Below, in pieces: positions 24,283-36,768 of a stretch of 64,000 bases of DNA (position 1 is the first letter of the stretch; the number at the start of each line of letters is the position of its first letter). Below the pieces are notes generated by a model, which worked only from the letters and a program-made list of their open reading frames with translations, did no database searches and was not told the DNA's origin. The translations under genes were made by a program, and so were the position numbers. Origin of the DNA: Mobula hypostoma (lineage: Eukaryota); the NCBI RefSeq assembly GCF_963921235.1, contig NC_086097.1:137270001-137334000 (forward strand), written 5' to 3'.

Positions 24283-27033
24283 CAGTCCGTGAGCCAGGAC
24301 CCCAAATTTGAGCCACCGGTACCAGCTGGGGGGGATAATTCTTATAGTGATTTTTGGCAAGGTATACACCCCTAGTGCTAGAAAATATGTGATAGCATTG
24401 CAGTGGTGGTAGCGGCCAAGAATCCAGAAAGATGAGGAAGCAGTTTCAGCAGTTACCCTCATACATGAATGGGTCAATCCATTTGCTGAGAAGTGGGACT
24501 TCATTAGCATCTCTACGGCAAAGGCAGCCCCCAAGGACATTGCCTCCGATCTGATAAGGGCTTATGAGATTGGTGAGCAATGCTATGCAACCTTCAAGGA
24601 TGAGAGACTAGAGGAAGACCCACCAGCAAAGAAATTCCATGACCCAATGAAAACCAACAAGCTGAAAACATTCAGTGATATGTGTAAGAAGAGAGAAGTG
24701 AAATCAAATGGGAGGGCGATCATCTTGAAAGCAGACAGGTCTTTGTTTGGACGCATCATAGTGATGGCGCAAGGGTGCAGTCTGCATATGGAGGATTTCC
24801 TTTGTCATCCCCTTGGACCATTACCCTGGGTCCTGTCCACACCAGAAGGATTGCTGAGAAAGACAAATAAAGCTACTTTACCCACAACCTTGCAGAAAAA
24901 TGTAGCAGTAGAAGAGCAACTCCCAGGAAACTCTGCTACACTGGTTGATGGAATGAACTTGGTCCAAAGAGTGAAAGGTGATCAAGTTACTTTCAGAGAT
25001 GTTGCCACAACAATTCTGGGTATGGCTCTGAGGGAAGGCAGTCAGAGTAGCAGAATAGATGTTGTGTTCGACACATACAAGGGGAACTCTATCAAAAATA
25101 GCGGAAGATCTCTACAGGGTGAAGAGACTGGTCATGATTTGCAAGGTATCACAGGCACACAGATGGTGAGGCAGTGGAGGAGCTTCCTGACCAAAGTCAG
25201 TAACAAAAATAGTCTCATTAGTTTCATAGTCCATGAATGGAGGAAGGCAAAGTACAGAGCAAAGCTAGTGGAGAAGATTCTGTATGCAGCTGTGAATGAC
25301 AAATGTTACAGAATCACATCTCAAGACAGTGAGGAGGTGTCAGCTGTTCAGTGTCAACAAGAAGCAGATGGCCGCCTACTTCTCTATGCTGCCCATGCCA
25401 CAAGAGAGGGGTACCAACCTGTAGTGATCTGCTCAGAAGACACAGATATCTTTATCATGTCTTTAGCATTTTGTGACAAGATTGAGGCCCCATTGTTCCA
25501 GAAGTGTGGCACTAGAACCCGTACGAGCCTTGTAGACATCAGGAAGGTTGCTGCCACTGTTGGCATAGAGATTTGTAGGGCTGTCATCGGGTTGCACGCG
25601 TATACAGGATGTGACACTGTAAGCGCTTTTGCGGGCAAAGGGAAGACAAGTGCCCTAAAACTTCTGACCAGCAACAGGGAAACTCAGCACACATTCTTAG
25701 AATTGGATCAGGAATGGGACCTCTCCCTAGAACTGACAGACAAACTGGAAACATTTTCATGTCTCCTGTATGCCCCATAAGCATCGACCACCAAGGTCAA
25801 TGAGATCAAGTATCGCCTTTTCTGTGCCAAAAAAGGTGACATTGAAAGTCATCAACTCCCACCATGCAAGGACTGCTTAACAAAACACACAGAGTGAACC
25901 AGCTACCAGGCTGGTATACGGAGAAAATGTTTGGAGAAGAACCCACAAGTGCAAGCCCTGTTGGCAGAGGATGGAAGATGGAGAGAGAAGAGGAAGCTGA
26001 ACAGTTGGTGATGCACTGGATGGAAGGCCAGTCAGCACCCGATGCCATCCTGGATCTACTGGCCTGTAACTGTCCAAAAAAATGTTCACTCCCAAGTTGT
26101 ATTTGTGTTGCAAATGGCCTCAGGTGTACTGACATGTGTAGACTGGCAGACTGTGTGAACCAGGCATCCACCTCAGAGAGTGTGGAAAGTTCAGATGAAG
26201 ATGTGGAAGACATGGAAGACTTGGAAAATTATTATGATTATTAATAGTTTATGAAAGAATGGAAAACAAAGTATGGAAAGCAGTCTTTGATTAAATATAT
26301 TCGTTTTACAATCAAATGGGGCCTAGGTTATGGCCGTGTGGAACCCCACATTTGAATTATTGTACTGTAATTCTATATGCTATGACAAAAGCTTAAGATT
26401 GCTTTGATTTGATACAACAATATGGAAAATATCGTGACATTAATAAAACTCCAGAAATCTCTCCAAATGAGGTTTTTTACCTTTTGGGGGGAGGGGGCGG
26501 TGTGGTAACATTTTCTGCTGTACTGATGTTAATATGGAATATACACAAAAAGTGATTAATTATTTGAATTCCTGAATAAATTCTCTACAAATCCATGTGA
26601 TTATGTGTGTCCTAGGGTTTTTATTGACTTTTCCAAAATAAACAGACAGATATTTTTCTAAAAATGAAATGATTCACTCTACTGAAATTGGGCACCGTAC
26701 TGCGAGTGCCACCAATGACATAGTTTTCAATGTAGAATTTTATGACAGCATTTGATGAAACTCAGCTATCATTCTGACAAATTTCAATGTTGAGGGATCA
26801 CTGATGACAAAATACCACTAGGTTGAATATATATGTCATACTTTATATTGACCACTTTTCAGAAATGCTTATTTTAGGGTAGTGTTATAAAATGCATGAT
26901 AGCACCCATAAAGCTACCACTGGTGCAATGCTATCACATATTTTCTAACTCTAGAGATGTATACCTTGCAAAAATCACTATGAGCATTATTCCCCTCAGA
27001 TGGTACCAACCGACCCTACCGGCTCATGGACTA
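24283..27033 (+). mobile_element. Academ superfamily DNA transposon (AcademX-type), internally deleted, non-autonomous
   Basis: Termini CAGTCCGTGAGCC... / ...GGCTCATGGACTA. Imperfect TIRs 24283-24413 and 26913-27033. TTA directly flanks both ends (24280-24282, 27034-27036). The internal ORF has XPG/FEN1-like and Cys8 motifs, which is the AcademX architecture. Confidence 0.82.
24413..26244 (+). pseudogene. Decayed Academ polyprotein C-terminal part: XPG/FEN1-like (PIN/H3TH) nuclease plus Cys8 (CXC-like) zinc finger
   Basis: The frame is open from 24413 (RPRIQKDEE...) through ORF 24647-25780, with motifs VDGMN, DVVFDTY, QEADGRLLL, SEDTD and TGCDTVSAFAGKGK. After an in-frame TAA at 25778 it continues as VNEIKYRLFCAKKG..ESHQLPPC. 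Frameshifts near 25890-25950 lead to GRGW...WM...APDAILDLLA-CNCPKKCSLPSCICVANGLRCTDMCRLADC (8 Cys) and an acidic tail. Confidence 0.82.
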
Positions 27034-30000
27034 TTATTTCCTTCATACTAAGTAACAATCTTGATGTCAAAATGGGTTCCTCATAGAGTGATAATGGAAA
27101 CAGGCCCTTCAGACCAGTATCCATTTACATTAATCCTACATGAATGCCATTTTTTTATTCTCCCTATTTTCTCGTCAGATTCTGCCAGTCACCGACTCAC
27201 TAGAAACAATTTACCATGACCAATTAACCCACTAACTCGCCACTCTATGGGATGTGTGAGGAAATGTGAGCACCTTCAAGACATGTATGTGGTCACAGGG
27301 AAAGTGTGCAAGTGTCCATCTCAGGTCAGCATTGAACCAGGGTCTCTGGCAGACAGCTCTACTATCTGCATCAACGAGCCCCCCAATACTTCTTGTCTTC
27401 TTCAGTCCCAGGGGGTGGAAGTCGAGCCATCAACGTGAGCCTGATCCCACAGTTAGGTTGTACCTCCTCCGGGATCAAATTCTGAACCAAGGAGCTATGA
27501 GTCATGCTGCTAGGAACACAGAGTTAAGTGAGCCTAATTTTTGGAGGATTTCAGTGAAACAAAAGGAAAAGTTTGCAATTCTGCAACACTTCTCAAAACT
27601 GCGGGACATCTCAATGAATTTCATAGCCAGAGTAGCATTTCCTTCGCATTCCACTGTAGTACTGTATCACCAAAATACTGCACTCTCCAATCCCCTGCAC
27701 AGCTCTTAACCAATAACATTGAACAAGAAGAGAAAGTGCTATTACTAACTCACAGCTAACCTATGAACTCCACAGCAAGATACATCACTAGAATGGTCGA
27801 CTACTGTTGAGGAATGGTATGCTTCATCTGTTTTATTGTACATACTTTGGTATCATCACTTATTTTTTGTGCGCAGGAACCCATAATCAAGTAGAAAATA
27901 ACTTAAATGAAGTTCTTGATTAACTGGTTCTGGGGACTTCAATGTGTGGAGAGAGAATCCAAGCAAAATACAACACGAGAAAGATTAAGGACGTCAACTG
28001 AGCACATGGGCACTGCCGTAGTTCCATTAGTTTTCTTCTATTCAACTGCACCAGTGGTAGAACAGTGAGCACCAGATTCATACAAGAAGCCAGAACTGGA
28101 GCCAGTTGAAGGATTTGAAAACAAGGATGAGAATTTTAACACAGTCCTGTTCACCCACCACTTGAATAGAATTTTAGCTGATGTCAAGTTTATGGAGCGT
28201 GTGTGTTGGAATGCCAGTGAGGAAAGCATTGGAATATTTCAAAGTTTAGGTAGTTAAAAATACAAGAGCTGATAAATTGAGCCCGGGGCGATATTGCAGC
28301 AGTGTCCTTTGTATAGTATCAACAAATATATATCCAAGCCATTGGCGGCCTTTCTACTCCTGTACATCAATAAAACAGGTTGCTCTCTAATCGCTAACTG
28401 TGCCTACAAATCCTATAGATCTGCTTGATGGTTTCCACTTGCAATCGAGTCCAGAAGCAAGGAATATAAATACAGGACCTCTAATAAATCCAGTAAGGAA
28501 TTCAGTGGAACCTTCCTTATCCAAAGCGTGGTAAGAATGTGGAAGTCAGCACTGCAAGGAGAAAATTGATAGGGGTGGTTCCATTACAAGGAAAGCTAAA
28601 TAAACAAATGAGAGACAAGAAGAAGAGAAATTTGCTTTTATAAGCTGAGAGGAAGTGAGATGGGAGGATGTTTATGTCCAGAATAAATGTTGGCGTGGAC
28701 TATTGAAGCAAATAGCTTATTTCTGGTGATGTCCTATGTATTTCCAGTCTGTTCAGCCTACCCACATCTCTTTTCATCTTGCTCTGTCTGCATCTTCCTG
28801 AGTTCCTTTCTCCTTCATAGACTTACCAACTTTCTCTTTAAACACTATCTCAATCATTCCTTGTGGTTGCAAGTTCTATATTCTAACTACACCTTGGATT
28901 TCTTACTATCTAGATTTCTGGTCCCCTGCTTTGGTTAAATAAAAGTATCCCAGGCTGGCGATGAGTCAGGAAAGGGAAAAGACCCAGCAGAATTTCACTC
29001 TCCTCATTTCATTGATCAACATTTGAAAACTTGCTTTCCAAATTTCCCATTTTGATTCCAAACCTTCTGTGGCCTTACCCTCCCTATCTTCTTAGCTCCT
29101 TCATCCCAATAACCCTCCAAGCTCTCTGACCCCCTCCCACGACCCCTGCTTAACTTCAGTCTACTTTTACCAGTCACACCATCAATTGCTCCAAGCTCTA
29201 AGTATCTTTCCTTCTTTCACTCCAAAATTCTATCTCTGACTAAACCGTACAGTATCTATGTGCAAATTATTTTGATAACACCACTATGAAACCCTTGGGG
29301 AGTCTCATTACATTAATAAAACTATCTAAAAGCCAGTTATTTTTGGAAAATTATTTTGACACTATTAATCATGTAGAAAAGATACAACTGCATATTGGAT
29401 TGTGAACATTTTAGGAGAAAATTTATTTTGTCTAGTATGCGCTAGATCCACAGGATTATTCAAATCTGCCAGGATCCAGTCAGTTAGTATTTACTTCCTG
29501 CCACTGGTGGTTGTAAATTAGAAACAGAATACAGATCTTTATGAGGATTAGTAGGTTGAATAAGAGGATGCAGTTTTCTTTATCATATAATATCAGAACT
29601 TAGAGTCAAATTTCTGGTTACAAAAAAGATCTAATAATAAATAAAAGAGAAAATGCAGAAGAACAGTTCTTCCACCATCTAATTTTCTGTGGGCCGTAGT
29701 GATCAAAACTCAGAAAGGACACACCTCGAGGGGTTCAGGGAGGAGTGATTGTAGGCTTTCAGAGACAAAACTGGAGCAAGCCTTGAGCAATTAAAGGATT
29801 CCCATTGGGGAAAAAAAACTAAGATGAGACTTGAGCAATAACTTTGAAATAATCCAAGGAAGAGAAAGAGTTGAAGATGCCTTTCTATTTAACTCAAGCA
29901 ATGGGGTTGAAGAAGATACGTATAACATTTATATGACTTGCAGTAAAGTACAGATGGAAATAAGTTTCCATCCCACACATCGTGGTCTCCTCTGTATCTG

Positions 30001-30739
30001 TTCCCCATGATATCTGCCAAGAACAACATCCCTTAAAAGAAGTGATTCGAGGTAAATTTACACATTAGACTAATATCAAATATCAAATATCAAATAATAG
30101 ATCAATAACTACAGGGAAAGGAAGATGTGTGATAATGGAATAGTAACTACACAAATTAATTTCTTTCAGAGGAATAATGAGTCTTATCTTAAGTGGAAAT
30201 GTTCAGAAGGGGATGGATAGCCTAAAAGATCTGCCTGATCACAGAGTATCTTATTCTGAGATCCTTCCCATCTGGCCTAGACACTTAGTACACATTAAAT
30301 TCTTTTGGTTACTTCAGAACACATACTTGACTGATGTCAATTCTGAGACTCCCGAGCCAGTGTGACTTGGTTTGGAATTTTGCCACAATCTTTATTTGTA
30401 AAGACTAAATTAAGGAATTTATTTGGCACCTTTGGCATTTACTCATATCTAATCTTCAGTCCAACTCCTTAGATAAAACTCCAAGTCATATTTGCAATTC
30501 TTTTTTCAACAGCCTTCAAATCTTAAAACACTCCTTTCATTAACTATGTTTGGTTCTTGCACATTTTTATCTTTTATTATCTTTAAAATTAAAAAAAAAC
30601 AAAACAGGACAGATGCTGAGAATATGTGGGGAAGAGGGATTAGACTACTTGGAAGAGTCAATGGTCAGCACAATATCATGGCTTTTCCTAAACTGTACTC
30701 TTGTCTGTCTACTTTATTAAAGATAACACTGCCCAATTA

Positions 30740-30928
30740 CACCAATATGACCAATTATCTAATAACTCGTATGTCTTTGTAATATGGGAGGAAACAGGGG
30801 CACCTGGAGAAAACCCACGTGGTCACAAGGGGGAACGTGCAAACTCCTTACAGACAGTGGCGGAATTGAACCCTGGTCTCTGGTGCTGTTACAGCATTCA
30901 TTAACCGCTACACTAACCGTGCTGCCTA
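30740..30928 (-). mobile_element. V-SINE/HE1-like SINE (related copies at ~1915-2110 +, 8010-8205 -, 16925-17200 +, 27180-27370 -, 37650-37760 -)
   Basis: Shared V-domain-like motif ggaggaaac...gcacctggagaaaacccac...cacaggg.gaacgtgcaaactcc..acagacag plus a tRNA-like head. Confidence 0.65.
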
Positions 30929-31727
30929 AAATGAAAATGCTTGTTCTAAAAGTGCTGAGTAATCAAAATAGTAGGCAATTCAAGCAGCATCTGTGAAGGG
31001 AAATACAGAACTAAAGTTTAAGGTCAGTGACCTTTCATTAATACTTGGAATACTTAGATGCAGAGAAATAAGGGGAAGGGGGTTTGAACTAAAGAAGACC
31101 TGCTAACAAGGGTGAAAGCAGTATAGGTTAACTGGCAAATGGACTGTATAAGAGATCCCAGGATAAGGCAGAATAACCAATTGAATTTACCAAGGAATCC
31201 AGAATAGATACTAAGACTCTAGAATAAAATACAGGAACACTGATTATCAGGAACTGTTGAACTCACTACTGAGTCTGGAAAACTATATCGTCCTGCAAAA
31301 TCATTACCCAATCTGCATTTGGCCTTCCACTTTTGCTTCCTGTCATTCTCTAAGCTGAATATCTCACTTCATCATACCAGATTTAGGTTCTTGGCAGACT
31401 TAGCTTTGTTGGCAGTGATTGTAACAAGCACATGTAGAACAACAGTCAGATGATTTCACTTCACCTAGAGCTCCTTACAGTCATGTTCTCCAGACAATGA
31501 TGGAAGATCCATCCTTTATGTATTCAAAAATTTGGAGTTAGGATTAGTATCCTTGGACTTTCAGTTCTCTGCATGCAGGTAATATTATAATGAATTTTAT
31601 ATAATTTCTCCCTGTACCTGCAGGTTTCTAAGAACCAACATCACTAGCAGACATCTCACTACATTTTGGAGAAAAAAAAGTGGAGATGTTACGAACATAT
31701 AGAAAATGTCTATGTTTAATAAAATAA

Positions 31728-31973
<246 letters not shown>

Positions 31974-32204
31974 TAGTTACTACTGTAAAAAAATACTGTT
32001 GACAGTTGACCAATCAAACAATGATCTGATTTTAGATAATGATCAGATAATCTGTTATACGGATGTACAGTATATTGAAGATTAAATATTAAGCAGGTTC
32101 AAGGTAAGCTCATCTGTTTTTCTTTACATCATGTTATGGGATCTTTCACATTCAGTTAAGAGAACAAACACAGCTCATGTGAAAATCAGTAATTTCAACA
32201 TTGC

Positions 32205-33385
32205 AACAATATAACATAGAACAATTCAACACAGGAACAGACCCTTTGGCTCATGATGTCTGGGTTGAACACAATACCAAATTAAATCAATCTCTTCTGC
32301 CTGTACGTCATCCATATCCCTCCGTATTCACACTTCCATCCAGCAACCTCTTAAACACCATCATTGTATCTGTATCCAGCAGTCCATTCCAGGTACCTAC
32401 CACTCTGTAAAAATCTTGACCCACGTATCTCCTTTAAACTTTTCCCCTCTCACCTTAAAAGTATATTCTTTACCACTTGATATTTCTACCTTTGGAATAA
32501 AGTCTCAAACACCCACCCTATCTCATAAAGTTTTATCAGATCACCCCTCAGCCTTTGATGCTCCAGAGAAAACAACAAAAGTTTGTCCAACTTCTCCTTA
32601 TAGCTCATAAACTCCAATCCAGGCAGCATTTGAGTAAATCAGTTCTGCACTCTTTCCAAAGCCTCCACATCATTCCTGCAATGGGGTGACCAGAATTGTT
32701 TGCAATATCTCCATGTGTGGCCTAACCAAAGTTTTACATAGCTGAGACATGACTTCAATACAATACCCTGACCAATGAAAGCAAGCATACAATATGCCAT
32801 CCTTACCATCCTATCTACTTGTGTGGCCTCTATCAGTGAGCTATGGACTTGGACGCCAAGATCTCCTCTGTAAATAAATGCAGTTGAAGGCACAAGAGTA
32901 TCTGCAGATGCTGGAAATCTTCAGCAACACACAAAATGCTGGAGGAACTCAGCAGGCCAGGCAGCATCTATGGAAAAGAGTACAGTCGATGTTTTCGGAC
33001 TATATTCTATTGCATCTTTTGATGGTTTACCATACTATCCACAACTCCACCAAACACCTGCACATTTACTAGCCCACCATTCTACACTTTTATACAAGTC
33101 ATTCATCTATCTATCACAAACAACAGGAGCACCAGCACCAATAACTGCAGGACACCACTGGTCACAGGTCTCCATCCAGAATAACATCCCTCTACGACTA
33201 CTCTCTATGGACAACTCAATGTTGAATTCCAACTATCAATTCACCATGGACTCTCTGCACCTTAACCTTTTGGATCAACCTACCATGAGGGACGTTGTCA
33301 AATATGTCATTAAACGCCACATGGACAACATCTACTGCTTTACCTTCATCAATCATGTTTGCCACCTCCTCAAAAAACTCAGTGG
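32205..33385 (-). mobile_element. Degenerate CR1 fragments interrupted by a Penelope-like end (~32890-32995)
   Basis: ORF 32639-32893 (DLGVQVHSSL...FWSPHCRNDVEALERVQ); RT-region remnants at 33070-33385. Confidence 0.75.
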
Positions 33386-36218
33386 TTTGTCGGACACGGC
33401 CCGCCCTGAGTTGGCTAGCTGGAACTCCATGAGCAGTGGTGTTCCACGGTGTTTGTTGCTGAGGATGTAGTTTGCAACATATATAAATGATGAGGATGTG
33501 TGGTTAGCAATGAGGGAGACACAGCACAGATTTTGATGTCAAGTCCCTGAGTGGGACTTCAATATGCACTGACATCAACCATGCCCCCTCTTTCTGCTGG
33601 GCAGTGGAACCTTCTCTCCCACTGTTGCTGGCAGCTTGCTAGCGCATTATCATTACAGCGGACTGTAACTGTAGTTAGGCCTGCCAGAGTGCAATGCACT
33701 ACACCTAACATTGCGTCACATAATTAAACATGGCTCCAGCAGTTTTGGGAAGCTTACACGACCTTTACACCCAGAAAACCAGTATAGATTATCGGTAGAA
33801 ACTTAATTCAAAGACCCAAGTAAATAATGTAACTACAAATTGTGAGTACATTGTGATATGTGATTCCCCTAAAGACTTTACGCAAGGCGTGTTAGATGGC
33901 ATACTCTCCACTTGCCTAGATAATCACAGCTCCTCTTAGGAGCATGATCCATCCAGGACAAAGCAGCCCATCTGATTGCCACTTCATCCACCACCTTGAA
34001 CTTCCACTCCAACTCCTGTCCACTATAGTTTCTCTACAAAATGCCCTGCAGAAACGTGTTTTCTTTGACAGCACCTTCCAGTTCTATCACCTGGAAGGTA
34101 GCAAGTGGACAAGACTGCAACTGTCTGCTGGATCTCCAAGTCATACATGGACAGGACTTGAAGCTTTTTCACACTTTGCTGTCGCCATGCAGTGGCACTG
34201 GCTAGACCTGAATGGCATTCTACCCAAGCTCTCCAAACAACAGATGATTTGTAACCATCCGATTATAATGCTGAACAGAAACTGAGGTGATTTGTGCCCA
34301 TGGCACCCATGCCTGCATCTGGAAAGAACATTATCTAAATGATCAAAACTGTAATTAGCTGACAACTGTTGTATTTGTATATGAGAATGATTTGGTGCAA
34401 GCAGTCAAAGTTTGGTTTGGTAAGGCTCTACCTCCAGCCCAAACTCAGGAAGCTCCAGATGTTGTTGGTACATGTCCAATAACCTTTGGCACATGTGTGG
34501 AATTTAGAGCACATGGGAGCCAAGGCCGTGGATTCCTCATTGGCTTACCTCAGATAAACATTACAAAAACCAACAGGGTTATCTTTGTGAGTCTTTTGGA
34601 GAAATATAAATGGTAAAAAAAAAATACTTTCTAGTAAAATATATCCTAAAATTGCATTGAAGAACAACACTGAATCTATATATTTCTGCAGAAATTGTTG
34701 AAAATGCTTGTCCCAATTTTTTATCCAGTTTGCACATTTTCTTCAATATAGCCCAGATTTCGCTATTCACAAGAAGTTTGTATTGCTTTCATTTCTTGTT
34801 ACACATAGATAGATCCTTTATCCAGCAATGATGTATGCCATATTTTAATCTACTATCAGTCATTCACTTCTAGGTTCTTGAGCAAAAGGACGATCCACTT
34901 TCTGCAAGCAAAAAATTGCACAAAAGCATCTCATAGTATCACTGAAAATTTAAACTCAGGAGGCCATTCAACCTATTGGTGTTCATACTGGGCAAAGAAA
35001 CAGCTGGGCAATCTCCCATCACTTGGCCCTTTGGCCTGTGCAAGCCAGGTGCTTTTTAAACGTGGTGAGAGTTTATGCATTTACTTCCTCTTCAGAGAGG
35101 AAATTACACACCATATTTAATTCTTCCATCAATTCTTTGAATGTATGTCCCCTGGATTTTGACCAAAGGAAAGAGGCCTTTCCTTTAGACACATGTATAC
35201 AGATGCCACAGCATGTTATTTGCTTCAATTAAATCTTAACCTTCTTTCTTCCAGAACAACTCTAGTTTCTCCAACCTTTGCTCTTTCTGCGATTCAGCAG
35301 TCCTACCAATGTCTCCCCTCTGCACCTTCTCTAGTATAATTGCATCCTTCCTCTAACACAGTGAAGAGCACTGTACATACATGTCAAATTTTACCAGTTA
35401 TGAAACGTCACAATTTTCATTCACTTAGATACAAATCATGTTCAATTTCTTGTTACAGTATATTCACGCCTAGTATAACATCACTCCTCTGTTAATCCCT
35501 ATTTCAAGTAATAAAAGAGGGTATCTTCTATCCTGCGGTTACACAGGAGAATACAGATGCAGGAATGTAAAGCAACAAGCAGTCTGCTGGAAGAACTCAG
35601 TGGGAACTGATACAGGGTTTGACCTGAAACACTGAAAATTCCTCTCTTCCCACAGATGCTGCATGACCTATTCAATTCTTCCAGCAGATTGCTTGAAAGC
35701 ATCTTGTACACCTTTGTAAGTTATTTACCCATGGATTGTTTAATATTTCCAATAAAGGAAGGTCAGGAGGATTGTTCAATTGATCACGTATTTTCCTGCC
35801 TTCTTGCACCTCTCCAAGTACACTACAGTACACTTCTTTCGATTGAATTCCAATTGCTAATTTTTGTCACCTGATCAGACCATCTATATTTCAAAAGCTT
35901 TTCTCCTCTCTGACAAAAACAAGAGAAATTTTTGTAGCAGCATTTTATTTGCATCTTTCCCCCTTTATTTAAGGTTATACTGTTAACTCATGCAGCAAAA
36001 AGGATTGAGCCCTGTGGAACCTTACTGGGCCAGCCTTTCAATGACAATAACCTCATCACAGAAACATAGAAAACCTACAACACAAAACAGGCTCTTCGGC
36101 CCACAAAGCTGTGCGGAACATGTCCTTACCTTAGAAATTTCCCAGGGTTACCCATAGCCTTCTATTTTTCTAATCACGTCAGGCATTACCCTCTGCTTCC
36201 TCCTGCTGAGCCAATTTA

Positions 36219-36768
36219 CATAGACCATACAACATAGAATAGTACAGCACAATACAGGCCCTTCGGCCCACAATGTTGTGCCGACCCTTAAACCCTGCCT
36301 CCCATATAATGCCCCCCCACCTTAAATTCCTCCATATACCTGTCTAGTAGTCTCTTAAATTTCACTAGTGTATCTGCCTCCACCACTGACTCAGGCAGTG
36401 CATTCCACACACCAACCACTCTCTGAGTAAAAAACCTTCCTCTAATATCCCCCTGGAACTTCCCACCCCTTACCTTAAAGCCGTGTCTTCTTGTATTGAG
36501 CAGTGGTGCCCTGGGGAAGAGGCGCTGGCTATCCACTCTATTCCTCTTATTATCTTGTACACCTCTATCATGTCTCCTCTCATCCTCCTTCTCTCCAAAG
36601 AGTAAAGCCCTAGCTCCCTTAATCTCTGATCATAATGCATACTCTCTAAACCAGGCAGTATTCTGGTAAATCTCCTCTGTACCCTTTCCAATGCTTCCAC
36701 ATCCTTCTTATAGTGAGGCGATCAGAACTGGACACAGTACTCCAAGTGCGGCCACACCGGAGTTTTGG
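36219..36768 (-). mobile_element. CR1 LINE 3' fragment, nearly identical to 13740-14190
   Basis: ORFs 36288-36536 and 36470-36700; long exact matches to the 13.7-14.2 kb copy. Confidence 0.92.

Noticed and set aside
24647..25780. 377-aa ORF as a host nuclease gene or domesticated gene
   Set aside because: It is bounded by TIRs and a TSD and truncated by a premature stop and downstream frameshifts. The canonical EEAD and ER motifs appear altered (QQEAD, SGR). It is best read as a decaying transposon ORF.
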